This document shows positions 25,172 to 37,230 of a DNA stretch of 64,000 nucleotides, in pieces. The DNA is taken from contig NW_024704743.1 of assembly GCF_018977255.1 (NCBI RefSeq), positions 30,258,001 to 30,322,000 on the forward strand. The letters run 5' to 3'. This DNA comes from Callorhinchus milii (Eukaryota). Within the stretch, counting starts at the first letter, position 1. Each line of letters begins with the position of its first letter. Position numbers and translations under genes: made by a program. The notes beneath the pieces are model-generated. The model had not been told where the DNA came from. It saw only the letters and a list, made by a program, of their open reading frames with translations, and did no database searches.

Positions 25172-25585
25172 TAACAACAACAAGATTACATTGTATAGTG
25201 CCTTTCATGGCGAGAGGACTTCCCAAGGCGCTGGACAGTGTGCAACATTTCAGACCCGAGCTGAGTTCAGGGAGGGAGAAGGGAGGGGAGGGGAAATGGG
25301 TTGACTGATGGCATAGTCGAAGAGGAGGGTTTTGAGGCAGAACTTGAAGGAGGCTAAGGAGGGGGCGAGGCAGAGTGATTGGGGGATGAAATTCCAGCGG
25401 TTGGGGCAGAGTGGCTGAAGGCTCTCCCACCAGTGGTGGGGTGGGTGGGTCGGGGGACGTGCAGCAGGCCAGAGCCGGCTGAGTGGAGGGAGCAGGCGGG
25501 TTGGTAGGGGGTTAGGAGGTCACAGAGGTCGGGTGGGGCGAGGCCATTGAGGGCTTTGTAGGTGAGGACCAGGATCTTGAACTAT
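25172..25585 (-). mobile_element. L2 LINE 3' end
   Basis: (AAC)n then aagattacattgtatagtgcctttca...; colinear with 58563-59000. Confidence 0.88.
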
Positions 25586-25945
25586 CATCCTTTGAGGATA
25601 ATAAGAGCACAAGAGAGGTTCAGATAAAGAATGACCTTCAAACTATTTTATCTCATCCTTTTCAATTCCCCCCAACCCCACACTCAAACCCCAGCATCCT
25701 CCAATTACAGCAACAAGCTGTTTTTTAACTGAATCCAATGTCCTAGATGCAATTTTTCCTGGTTGCTATTTCAGCTTTTTATTACCCTCTTGTTCAAGAA
25801 ATACTGTGCTTCCACTGGGCACTGGGTGAGGCAGTTTGAGAGAACACCAGGAGAGGGGCTAAAGAAACAAATATCTGGTGTCTTCCGTTGCCTCTTTCTC
25901 CCCTTTCCCTGAACCCCTTTTCATGTGTGGTAGAAATACGTGAAC

Positions 25946-26202
25946 AATAATAACAATAATCTTTGCACTTGGTATAGCTCCTTATAATGTCTTTGAGTTG
26001 TTTCAAAGTGCTTCACAGGATATACTGTAAAGTGGATTGCCTGGGTATTTTCTGGGCAAAATGCGGCAGCCAGTTGCACACAGCAATGACCCATAAACAG
26101 CCATGGAGTGAATGACCAATTTTATTTAGGAGATTGTTGGTCAGGACACCGGTAGAAATTACCTTCTATTTTCGAATAGTGCCATGGGATCTTTCATGTC
26201 CA

Positions 26203-26233
<31 letters not shown>

Positions 26234-26433
26234 TATTATAATTATGAATAGGCAGACGGGATCTCAGTTTAACGTCTCATCCAAAGGAAAGCACCTCAAA
26301 CAATGCCACACACCTGCAGCACTGCATTGCAGTGTCAGCTTAGATTATGTGATTCTAAGTCCTGACATAGGGCTTGAACCCACTGCCTTGTGATTCAGAG
26401 GCGAGAGTGCTACCATTGGACCAGGCTGACACA
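25946..26433 (-). mobile_element. Near-full-length Deu-domain SINE
   Basis: ttcgaatagtgccatgggatctttcatgtccacctg...ctcagtttaacgtctcatcc...gattcagaggcgagagtgctacc...ggctgacac. Confidence 0.88.
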
Positions 26434-27849
26434 CAGTAACAATATTCCTGATAATTCCAGATGTTTGAGATGACCTTCAATTCAGCTAGCATCTATTGGT
26501 TGACAGTGACGTGGAGTGCTGCACAGAAATACAATAAAAAGCAAACACTAAACGGCACTACTCCTCATTTATTATTAATGTTTGGATCTAGCATTCAGCC
26601 ATTGATCAAATAATCATTCATTCTCTGTAAGAGAGGTTGTGTTCCTGTTCATTAGCAGAACAATGCAGTTTTAAAAAAAATGAAGTTCTCAGTATGAAAT
26701 ATATGCACTTATAGAATGAAACACTCCCCCTTCCCCAAGAGTTGTGTGTGGCTCTACTGTAGAGATTCATATGGGGATAGATAGGATTCATTCAGACATA
26801 TGAATGATGTGTCTTTTCACCTATTATAAAGAGATAGTATAAACATTGCCATTTTTAGCAATCAGCTTAAGATAGACTTCAGTGAAATTCAGCTTGCCAC
26901 TAAGTGTAGAGATTTTGAAGAGGTGTGCTAATAAATGGCCTTTTCCATTATAAATGTACAGGAGAACACTGCATATCTGCATATTGAATAACTATATATC
27001 CACACCAGAACTGAGATCTCAGAGGTAAAGTCAGTGATGGTTAATGCAAATGATCCTTAATTGTACATGCCCTATTATTAGTGTATGCACACTGTGACAA
27101 GTGCACTCTCCCCCTTCCAAATCCCCTTGTTAAACAGTTAAACTGACAAAGTGCTTCACAGGATACACTGTAAAGTCCACCATTGGTGGTCGGGCATTCA
27201 GCATCTCTGCCTCACACCCTCCCTTGCCTCCTTCAAGAACATTCCTCTTCGACCATGCCTTCAGCCATCCTCCCATCTCCAGTCCCCCTGCCCTCCACCC
27301 CTCCTCTCTTTCTCACTGACACCAACACACACACACACACACAGAGACACACACAAGTTAAAAATGAATATTTTTTAAACAGCCTTTGTCTATGCAGTAT
27401 TCTATCGTTTGGGTCGTAATCACCCTGCCTTTGGTTACCTTATTCCAACTTCACTTCACTGGCTAAGTATTCCACAACAGTTTTTGTGTCCCTGCATCCC
27501 ATTGCCCTATTGAAACACTGATTGTCTAATGTTTCACCACCGAAGGAATAGCACCCTTTTGATTAAATATTTATCAGAAAGAGAGGCCAGCATTCCGACA
27601 AGCGTGTGTCTCCAATTAGGAACACCATGAGGTCAAAGGAGACATCTGGCTCAAATCAATATTTAAAAGGAGAATGTCAGATAGATACCACAGTTCATTT
27701 GGATTATCTATGTATCTGGAGAGGTCCTGTTGTTCTTCTCTGATTGTGGCACAAAGTGTTATTCTGTATTATGTGCAAAAGAAATGAGAGAAGTTGTATT
27801 TTTAGAACACCTTACAAATTGAAATATCTCAGTAAATTTTACAGCAATT

Positions 27850-28678
27850 ATTGTAAAATCTGGTTATTGTTTTTGTAGATAAATGCGGCAGCTATTTTTG
27901 CATGTTGCACAAACAGTCATGAGGTGATTAACCAAATTCATCTGGCAGATTGCTGGCCAGGACACTGCGAGAAATTCCCTTCTCTTTCCAAACAGTATCC
28001 TGTACCGTGGAGTCCTGTAGCTCAGTGTGTTAGAGCACTCGCCTCGCAAGTGAGAGCTGTGGGTTCTATTCCCGGCAGGCAAAATGTTGGGCATGTTTCC
28101 TTACTCAACACGCCTATATTTACCTAGCAGTAAGTAGGAACACGGTTGTAAGTCGATTGGTGGATTGCTTTTCCGGAGATAATAATCCTTAAAAAAATAA
28201 TAATTTGGTTGCTCAATCCATGATTGTTTGTAGAAGACTGCTGTGTGCAATTGACTGCCGCGTTTCGCCCACAAAATATACAGTCAATTCACTTTACAGT
28301 ATATTCTGTGAAGCTCTTTGAGACGTCTAGAAGACGTGAAAAGTGCTATATCAAATGCAAGAATTATTATTATTATCATGGGATCTTAAACATCTATTTA
28401 AAACAGGCAGTCAGGGCTTTGGTTTAACAACTCAAATAGACACTTGCTACACTTTATGGTAAAATATGCAAAGTACTTTGAACAATGTTCATTGACGTGA
28501 TAAGGTGCTATATCAAATGCAAGGATTATTGTTCCCAACATCTCATCCAAAGTACAGTAAGCAGAACAATACTGCAGTGGAGTGTCAGCTTGGAGCATGA
28601 GCTCAAATCCCATGTGGGGCTTCAACTCACAATCTTCCGGCCAAGAGGCAAGAGTTGCTACCAACTGAGCCAAGCTGA
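27850..28678 (-). mobile_element. Deu-domain SINE split by two younger insertions
   Basis: Segments 27850-28000, 28377-28435 and 28537-28678 rejoin into a copy colinear with 25946-26433. Confidence 0.75.
28007..28376 (+). mobile_element. Young tRNA-derived SINE, full-length long form (nested)
   Basis: gtggagtcctgtagctcagtg head through to (TTA)n tail. Confidence 0.92.
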
Positions 28679-31600
28679 GTGGACGATTTAAATATATACT
28701 TACTTAAGGAATGATCTGTGGGAATATCTTATGAATAGCATGAGAGTCTTACGTTACAGTGGGACAAGGAACAAGGAGTCAATATTTTTCCTGTGTTCAG
28801 TTTAACTCTAAATACATTATATATTAAGAAAAGTATGCTGTTGTAAATTCGTTTAGCCAACCGTTTGCTCAGTTCTTATCACAGGCACAAGGACATGTCC
28901 TGATAATTCGCTGAAGAAATGATTCCCTCTCACATTCTGCTGTCTTGTGGTCCTGGTGAATGGTCAAATCTGAGTGGGAAATCACAGCAGAACCAGTGCC
29001 AGAAACCAACCTAAAGAACTAAATGGAATATTGTAGTTATTATGAAAAGCTTTAGCTGACTTTAGACAGTGTGCTACAAAGTTGTGACACAATTGAGAGT
29101 TTCAGATGTTTTATAAACCGCTCTTGTGGTTCATGACTTTATGTGAAGTCTTTATGTGAGTTACAGGTCTGGAACATAGTCCAAACCAGCCTTTATTCTA
29201 CTTAGCTTGCTCTGACTCTGTGTAGAGCCATATCTACTCTTGCTACAATAACAGTGATAACCGCTTTACTGGGTGCCAAATCACATGAGAACATGCCCGA
29301 GAAAACAGTAAGTTTCCTCATAACTTAAATATAATCTCTTCTTACACTCTGCCCATTCAGTTTATTCTATACATGCTTAGCAAGCTGTTTTACTAAAATA
29401 AAAAAGTGTAGGATCAAAAGAATTAAACATACCTAACAGAATAACATACACCGTTATTTTGTTAGGTATGGTTGCTTACCAAGACCATATAGGTCACGCT
29501 AGATTCAAAGAAGCCCAAATAAGAAAATCTAATTAAGTGGCTTGAACTTGATCTGAAAAACCCTAAGCAGATAAACACATCAAAGCTGAACATTCTGTAC
29601 CAAACTCAACCTCAGTGTAAAAACTAAGCAAAGCTACTGATAGAGCAATGTTGTAGTTTCATTAGGGATTGACTACCATCTCTTAAGTTTTGCTCCAGTC
29701 CATAGGCAATAAAAATCAATTTGGGTGCTCGCAATAACATTAAATGCAAAATACTTGCCTTACAATGTGTAATTTCATTCTCATCTGACTGATAATGGTT
29801 TAATATATATAAATGAAATACAGAATGTCCCACGGAGCACAATGGACAAAATATGAAGCTTTGCTCCTAAATGAGAAATACTGAATTATTTATTAGTGCT
29901 GGAGGCATGAGGTTTCTTCATGAATCTGATCATCTCTACATTTCACTGGAATCTACAGGATATTTTAACATAGTAATAACCCAATACCTTCTGTTTATCA
30001 ATGTTAAGCAAATGTAGAGGTCAGAGTTGGGGCTATTCCAAAAACATATTCCAACATATTCTAGATGTACAAATACATATAATTGGTTTGCAGAGAGGTA
30101 AAACAGCTGTTGCTCAAACTCTGCACCTCCAACTTGTGGAACCATCGCTCATTGGGAAGGGATATGTGTGAGCTGTGGGCAAGAGGATGGTGGCAATGCT
30201 CTCACACATTTTATGCTGAGCTGTGTTGCCCACCAGGAGGCTCGCAGGGTGTGCAATCCACCTACTATCCACCTAGTGAGGGCTTAACCACATGCTTGTC
30301 GGATGTCAAATGACCAACTAGTGACTATCCACCTTGGAGGTGGATGGGGTCTCCTTGGAGCTGAACTGGCTGCAAAGCTCATTGGCAGACATGCAAGGGT
30401 TGACAAGCCACTGGGGGCAAGGGCTGTTTCCAGTCAGCTCCAATTACCAAATCTCTAAGCTTAGGGTGCTCCCAGCAGCAGCTATTTCCATGTGTCAGTG
30501 GGATGGATGGAACTCTGGTTATTTTGGATGGTGAAGGGTTTCCGCATGTATCAGACACATGACTGATGTCCTTCAATGAGCATCACCAAGCATCTGGGTA
30601 ATATTCTGTTTCTTATGCCAGCTAACCTGATGTCTCTTGAATAAAAATTGTCAACTTAGGGGGGAAAATTCCACTTGGGTCTAGATTTACTCAATTGATT
30701 TGAAAGCATCCAGAATTTTGTAAATTGTTGAATCTCAACTTTGAAGTCGGTTTCCTGTAAAGCTTAAGAATTTGCGACATTCTGGATGTTATGAAACCTA
30801 ACAGTGCAATGTTCTGTAGACTTGTACCTACTTGAAACCAGTTTGAGTGTGTCCATATTTATTTGTGATCGCATCTCAATAGTCATCAGAGAGCAGAGCT
30901 TTGGAAGATGGGAACGCATTCATCTCATCATGCCAGGTTATGAGATATTGGTAGATCTTTCAATCACAATGCTTCACCCTTTCACTATACCCCTCTACTA
31001 CTTAAGTGTCTGTCATCTTTTGTTGATTTCCCCTCTATAGCCTTCTGGGGCAGAGCATTCCAAATGTTCAGAACACTCTGTGTGAAGATGTTTCCTGATC
31101 TCAGTTCTAGCTCTCTTAGTTATAATAATCATATTAATAATCCTTACATTTGATATAACGCCTTCCTTGTTGGGAGGATGTCTCAACGTGCTTCAATCTG
31201 ATCGGTATAAGATGGATGGACCTTTGAACAGGATCTAAGACTACAGTTCATTCAGGGTTACTCATTTAAATGTCATGGCTGAAAAAGGAACCCTGTTTAA
31301 CATGCTTTCATCAGTAATTAGATTGATGGAAATTTATCCTCAGATCAGACATCGATTTATCTTGAGCCAACTGTTTTGCAGGATTTGGCTTCTTAAAAGT
31401 GGCTGGCATAACAGACAATTATATGAACAAAGTGTGTAAGATTTGGCAAGGAACGTTGTACCAATAGGAATATTTTGTTGATAATCAGGCACAGTTTGAC
31501 AATGAAAGCGTCTTTAAAGACTTGCTGAGACAAGTCAAACTGGATATAACCACTAAAGTGCACTTACCATCATTTCCGTTGAGCCTATTGATCTTGTGAA

Positions 31601-33421
31601 AGGATGTTTTTTGAGACAGCTAATATTGAGAGCCAAGTGATAAACAGGAAGACATTACCCCCCCAGGCCTGCACTTTTCCGAGAGAAAAAATATATAATC
31701 AGAGACTTGAATTGACACCAGCCGCATCCCACAAATCAATCACTTATCTGCTTTCATGTAAATGTGTATGGTGGCTCAGTGGGGCTGGGATTCTACACTT
31801 TTCATTTTAATAAATTTATAACTCTAATACGTTTTGCAGTACTATACGTTTCTTTGACTTTCTGTTTAAGAGCTCTGACTGCTCTTGAGAGTGTAAAGTC
31901 AAAGTAGAAGCTGTTGCAACTTAAATTACATGAAAGAGCACCGAAATTACACTTCTTCATGAAAGCAATACAGATAGCTGACATCATAGCTGTGAAAAGG
32001 TATAAGTATCCTTTTTGTCGACTGTCCAAGATAAGGATACTTAGATAATGAGATGTAACGTATTTCACCGTACATGTATAGTATTATATAGGCATCTATC
32101 GTGTAAGACGTAGTCTTAATGAACTTCCTTATTAAGGAATCCTGTGGTTGTATCACAAAGGGAATTATTTACTATATATCGGAATCTATGATAGCTAATA
32201 CTTTGGGAGCTTTCCTTCCTGTGAGTTGTTGTTTGAATACCATGCAAGGGATAAAGCGGGATTTTCCCCTGAACAGATTGTGTTGCCTGTACTTCTTAGA
32301 AGTGAAGATGTGAGGCAGTCTGATCCACTAACTAGCTTCAAAATGAACTCTTAATGAAACTATTGAAGCATATAGCAAATCAGATGTGCCAAGGGACTGG
32401 AGAACACTGGGAAAGAGCAGAAATATACATATATTGTTTCTAATATCCAATGCCAGCTGTAGAATTGCATAGAACATTACAACATAGAAACAGACCATTC
32501 TGCCCAACTAGTCAGTGATGCTTGTATGGAGTAAAACACATATTGGAGGAATCATTTGGCTATGAACATTGTTGAGCCCATATTGAAGTCTAACAACATG
32601 GATTTCAAAGAGCTCATTCCATTGTTCAAAATGCACTTGCACTGATACAAAAGGTCAATGATTGAAAATCCTGTAGTACCTATTCCCATCCAAAGCCAGT
32701 GTGTGATTTGAAAGTGAGACAGGTTATTATTTTTCAGTTGAAAAATAAGTCTCACTGTGCAGCCCTGTTGTGGGTTCTTGTCCATGATCCCCACATGGCG
32801 AGTTGCTGATCATTGCTGAGCTGTTACAGAGACATTGAGCAGAGGCTATTCTCCTCACCACACAGCACAGTCAGAGGCTGTCGGGCACATCCCAGCACCT
32901 GGTATGTGAGGGGCTTTGGTAGTAATCTGAGAGCAGGCTGTCTGCTCACCCACAGCCGGCTACAGAATGGAACCTGCATAGACTATCAAGAAAGTACAGA
33001 AAATTAAATACCAATTTTAAAACTAAGATAAAAGAGCTATTTTTAAAAAAAAATCTTGCTCCTTTGAATACTCCCTTCTCTCAATCTCATTTTGTGACCT
33101 ATCTCGACCGAGAATCAAAGGATATAGGACGTGAAGAGTTGGTGGTTGAAATCTCTCTGTTGCTATTCCTGTGTTGCCAAAGATACATCCCAAACATACA
33201 ACATATTACAACAACAACTTGCCCTCCATGCAGGGTAGCATCTCAGAGCGCTTAACAGTGGCGGAGCCTGACTCAGAGCAGGGGGGAGTTGCCCGTAAGC
33301 ACCGTTAAAGAGGACATTAAACATTTTCTCAGATGTGCATGTGGATTCTTAAAATGTTCTTTCAGCCCAATCATAAAACTTTAATATTACCGTTTAATAT
33401 TACTTTAAACTTTAATATTAC

Positions 33422-33623
33422 TCTCTTCCTCCTCCTCGCTCCCTCCCTTCCCTCCCCTCACCCTGACCATTTCCCCCCTCCTCTCTCCCTCCCTTCCCTC
33501 CCCTCACCCTGACCATTTCCCCCTGCTCGGGTCATGACCCAACTGTGCAGCGCCTTGGGACGTCCTCCTGACGTGAAAGGCGCTCTATAAATGGAATCTT
33601 GTTGTTGTTGTTGTTGTTGTTGT
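33422..33623 (+). mobile_element. Young L2 3' UTR only, with long (GTT)n tail
   Basis: Nearly identical to 14990-15171. Confidence 0.9.
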
Positions 33624-33851
33624 TTAGCCTATATTTTGCCCATACTCACTATGTCTGCATTTTACTGCTGTGATGCCTTTAGAATCCAACCTCAATAATA
33701 CTATCCCTCAACCATAAAATTACTGCATGGTTGAGAAAATTTTAGAATGATTAATATAGGATGGTCTGAGTGTCTGGTCTGTCATCAACAATGCCCTGAT
33801 TTACTGCAGAACCACTTTACTCAGGAACCGAGCTCCTAAGATGCTCAGGAT

Positions 33852-33971
33852 AATTGGCTGCTGCGTTTTGCCCACAAAATATAGTCAATCCACTTTACAA
33901 TATATTCTGTGAAGAGCTTTGAGATGTCTCAATGTGGTAAGGAACTATCAAATGCAAGGATTATTATTATT
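33852..33971 (+). mobile_element. Young SINE tail fragment
   Basis: aattggctgctgcgttttgcccacaaaat...atcaaatgcaaggattattatt. Confidence 0.85.
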
Positions 33972-34814
33972 AAGAGCAGTTAATATTGGTAGCACAAGAC
34001 AATAGCCATTCAACAATTTCTGTTGACTACTGCCAAACCTCAAGTGTTCTGTATTCAGTTCAAAGCCTTTATGTCTCCTCAGACAATGATTAAACACTCC
34101 AAGATTCACGCAACCTCAGAGGCTGAAGGAAATTGTGAATTTCCAGGCTTCAAAGCTACATACCTCAATTGCTTTGTGGACTGTGTGTGAAACCACTTTA
34201 ACCTGTTGCACTGCCTATCAGGTGGGGAATTGACATTTCTATTTTAAACAGACAAAATGTCTGTATTGCTGAAACTCTACTTTCATTTCTGTCGCAATGG
34301 ATGTTTAAATCTTACTGACAGATGAAATCTAATCTCTGCCCCAGCTGTGGACATAAATGTTTATTTTCAAACATAAGGGACACTATCCTGCATGAAGGTA
34401 CCATATACATGTAAGTTGCTATTGTTGTTATTGCAAGAATGAAAGAAAACAGACCAAAAGCACCTCTGGGCCATTAGGCCTATTCCTCCCATGCTTGTAT
34501 CTACTAAGGGTGTGGGAAAAATCTGTAGCCCATGCTGATTCTTAATGCACATTTGTTTGTTCAATATCTGGTGGAATACTCCTGTGCTTCTAATCTTTGG
34601 TGATCTAATTGTGGAGTATCCATTAATTTTCAGACGTTTTCAAAGTAAAAATCAATGTACACAGATGGATTGGAATGTTCGGGCAAGAAATGCCCAGTTT
34701 AGGGTGGTGTTTCAGGCAGAATCCATTTTAGCTTTTAATAGGGAGTTACATAAAAAGAAAATAAAGGTGGAGGGAGCATTCCGCAGAATAGGACTAAATA
34801 TATCAGAAAGGACA

Positions 34815-35150
34815 TAAGTTGAAATGTATAAGAGGATATAGCTTAGAATTGTTAAGGCCAATTTAAGGACAGATAGGAGGAAGTTTTTTCTTTACACGGA
34901 GGGAAATCAACAAGTTGTTAGAAAAGTTGATAGAGGCCAGGACACTGGACTCATTTAAAAAGCAGCTTGATACATTGATGAGGGATGGTAGTGTGAGTGT
35001 TCTGGACGAATGAGATCAGACGGGCCAAAGGAAGGGCCTTTTTCATCCAGACCAATCTTGTGATCTTGTGAAATGGATAGCTGTTTCAGAGAGCCAGCAC
35101 AGGTATGAAAGATCGAATGGCCCTCTTTTTGCTGTACATTTCTAAGGTTC
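34815..35150 (+). mobile_element. CR1-type ORF2 end and 3' UTR
   Basis: ttgttaaggccaatttaaggacagataggaggaagttttttctttacac...gaggccaggacactggactcatttaaaaagcagcttgat...gaatggccctc. Confidence 0.72.
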
Positions 35151-35289
35151 TGTGGCCTATTCACCATAGAAGAGAAACTGATTACTGTAGAGTAATAGCA
35201 AAGTGTGTGCTTCTCCCTAACTGTTTTTATATGGAAGTGAGGATTATTATCTGCATAACACAAAAAAGTTAGGCAAACCAAAAAATTGT

Positions 35290-35688
35290 TTATTTGTTCA
35301 TTGGCTGTTTGTCAAACATTGCTGTGCTCAAATTGGCTGCTGCATTCACCTACACAATATACAGTCATTACACTTTACAGTACAATTCTGTGATGTGCCT
35401 CGAAATGTCCTTCTAACGTAATACACTATATTAAATTACAAGGATTATTATATCTATATAAAACAACCTTTGAAGAAATGCTGATGCCAACAAGAAAGTT
35501 AGTAATATGGGGCGAACACTCATGAGATAGTTGAATGCTAGATAATACGAACAGGGAGAAGAGAGGAGGAGGCAAAGAAATAGTATACTAATAATAATAA
35601 TCCTTGCATTTGATATAGCGCTTTTCACGTCTTCTAGACGTCTCAAGGCGCTTCACAGAATAGACTGCAAAGTGAATTGGTTGTATAT
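35290..35688. mobile_element. Two SINE 3' fragments (35290-35450 +, 35589-35688 -)
   Basis: Both match the shared Deu-like 3' block and tail. Confidence 0.8.
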
Positions 35689-36280
35689 AGAGGGAAAGAG
35701 TTGAGTAACACACACAAGCAATCCACAGCCAGGAGGGGTTATGTATAATTAACAGCCTGTTAGGGAAAGCAAAGCACTGGGTAATGAACAGAACAGAGTC
35801 TGAGACATTAGGCAGGCAACAGGGAAAGTAGAGGACTGGGTAATAAGTGGAACAAAATCTCAGATGTTAGGCAGCCTATCTGGAAAAAGTAGAGGGTTTG
35901 ATATCAAAATATTTCAGAGCTTGGTTTCTCTTTACATGGTCTGATTAATGAAATACTTAATTTGATTGTGTCCTGCATCGAGATTTCCACATTGAAACCA
36001 GGAAAGAATATAAGTGTTTTACAGCATGTTTCCTTTCTTCTGGCAGTGTCTTCAAGTTGGCTTCTTTATAAGATTCGCCCCTTGTGGAATCAAAATGCAA
36101 ATTTAGGTTTCTTTGGAATTTCATCGATGCTAACCTTGATTTGAGCTTCAAAGCCAAAGAGGAAGTTTCAGCCTGATTCTGCTGTTCAGGGTGTCAATTC
36201 AGCCACTATCACATCCACCAAGGAGGCTCTAACCTATTAATCATCAGAATGTAAAATACATACAAAATGTTCCCCCTGGT

Positions 36281-36610
36281 ATAATAATAATAATTCTTGC
36301 ATATGATATAGTGGTTTTCACATCGGGAAAACACATCACAAAGCACTTAAAAGGATATACTATAAATTGTAGTGACTATATTTTGTAGGCAAACGCAGCA
36401 GCCAATTTGCACACAGCAATGTCCCACAAGCAAAATTAATTTTAGCTGGAAGTTCGTTGGCCAAGACACAAGGAGAAACTCTCTTCACTTTTCCAATAGT
36501 GCTGTAGGATAATTAATGGCCACCTCAACAGGCAGACAGGACCTTGGTTTAATGCCTCATCAGTAGGGTGGCACCACTGACAATCTAACCCTTCCCCCAG
36601 CACTGCAGTG
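36281..36610 (-). mobile_element. Deu-domain SINE lacking head
   Basis: gcagcagccaatttgcacacagcaatgtcccac...ttccaatagtgc...caggcagacaggaccttggtttaatgcctcatc. Confidence 0.78.
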
Positions 36611-37004
36611 TATTAGAATACAAGCAATGTGCCATAATTATGGTATGAGCAAAAACTAAAAGTAAATCTGCCTTTGATGGCAGGAATCTATTCGCTGGCT
36701 GAACTCACCAAATATCTTCCTTTATTCCAAGAGGGAAATTCAATGGAAGAAACACAGTGGACGTCTGATAGAAACAGAGCCTCATCAGATCCAGACCTTT
36801 TCAAACACAGGATACTTTGAGGACGGAGTGAGAAGTCACTTGACTCTTTTCACAATATTAATGAAAAAGCTTGAGTTGAATGGAAGAGTCCACCATCGGA
36901 TAATGTATGTGTAATAACTAACAAATGCTATTTCTTCTACAACAACAGCAAAATTACATTTATAGAGCGCCTTTCTTCTAGCCCCTCTATAGCATCTATC
37001 TGGT

Positions 37005-37230
37005 TGTGTGTGTGTGTGTGTGTGTGGCAGCTGGGTGAGGAGAGGTCAGGCTCGACTGTGACACCCTCTGCAGTTGAATTGTCCACCGACCCTCACTGCT
37101 AAAGCTCACACATGAACAATTGCCACTTTGTCAAGATACCAGAGAGCAATCAGTGCCAGCAGAACAACACCCCAGAAATATAAGACCAGATCAGGAGCAG
37201 AGAGGCAATATGGCTATAGGGAGAAAAACA
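37005..37230 (+). mobile_element. Old SINE-like family B, 3' part, with (TG)n expansion
   Basis: (TG)n then ggcagctgggtgaggagaggtcaggctcgactgtgacacc...gctcacacatgaacaattgccact. Confidence 0.55.

Noticed and set aside
30228..30246. CTCF-like motif ccaccaggaggctc
   Set aside because: Imperfect single match, expected by chance in 64 kb.
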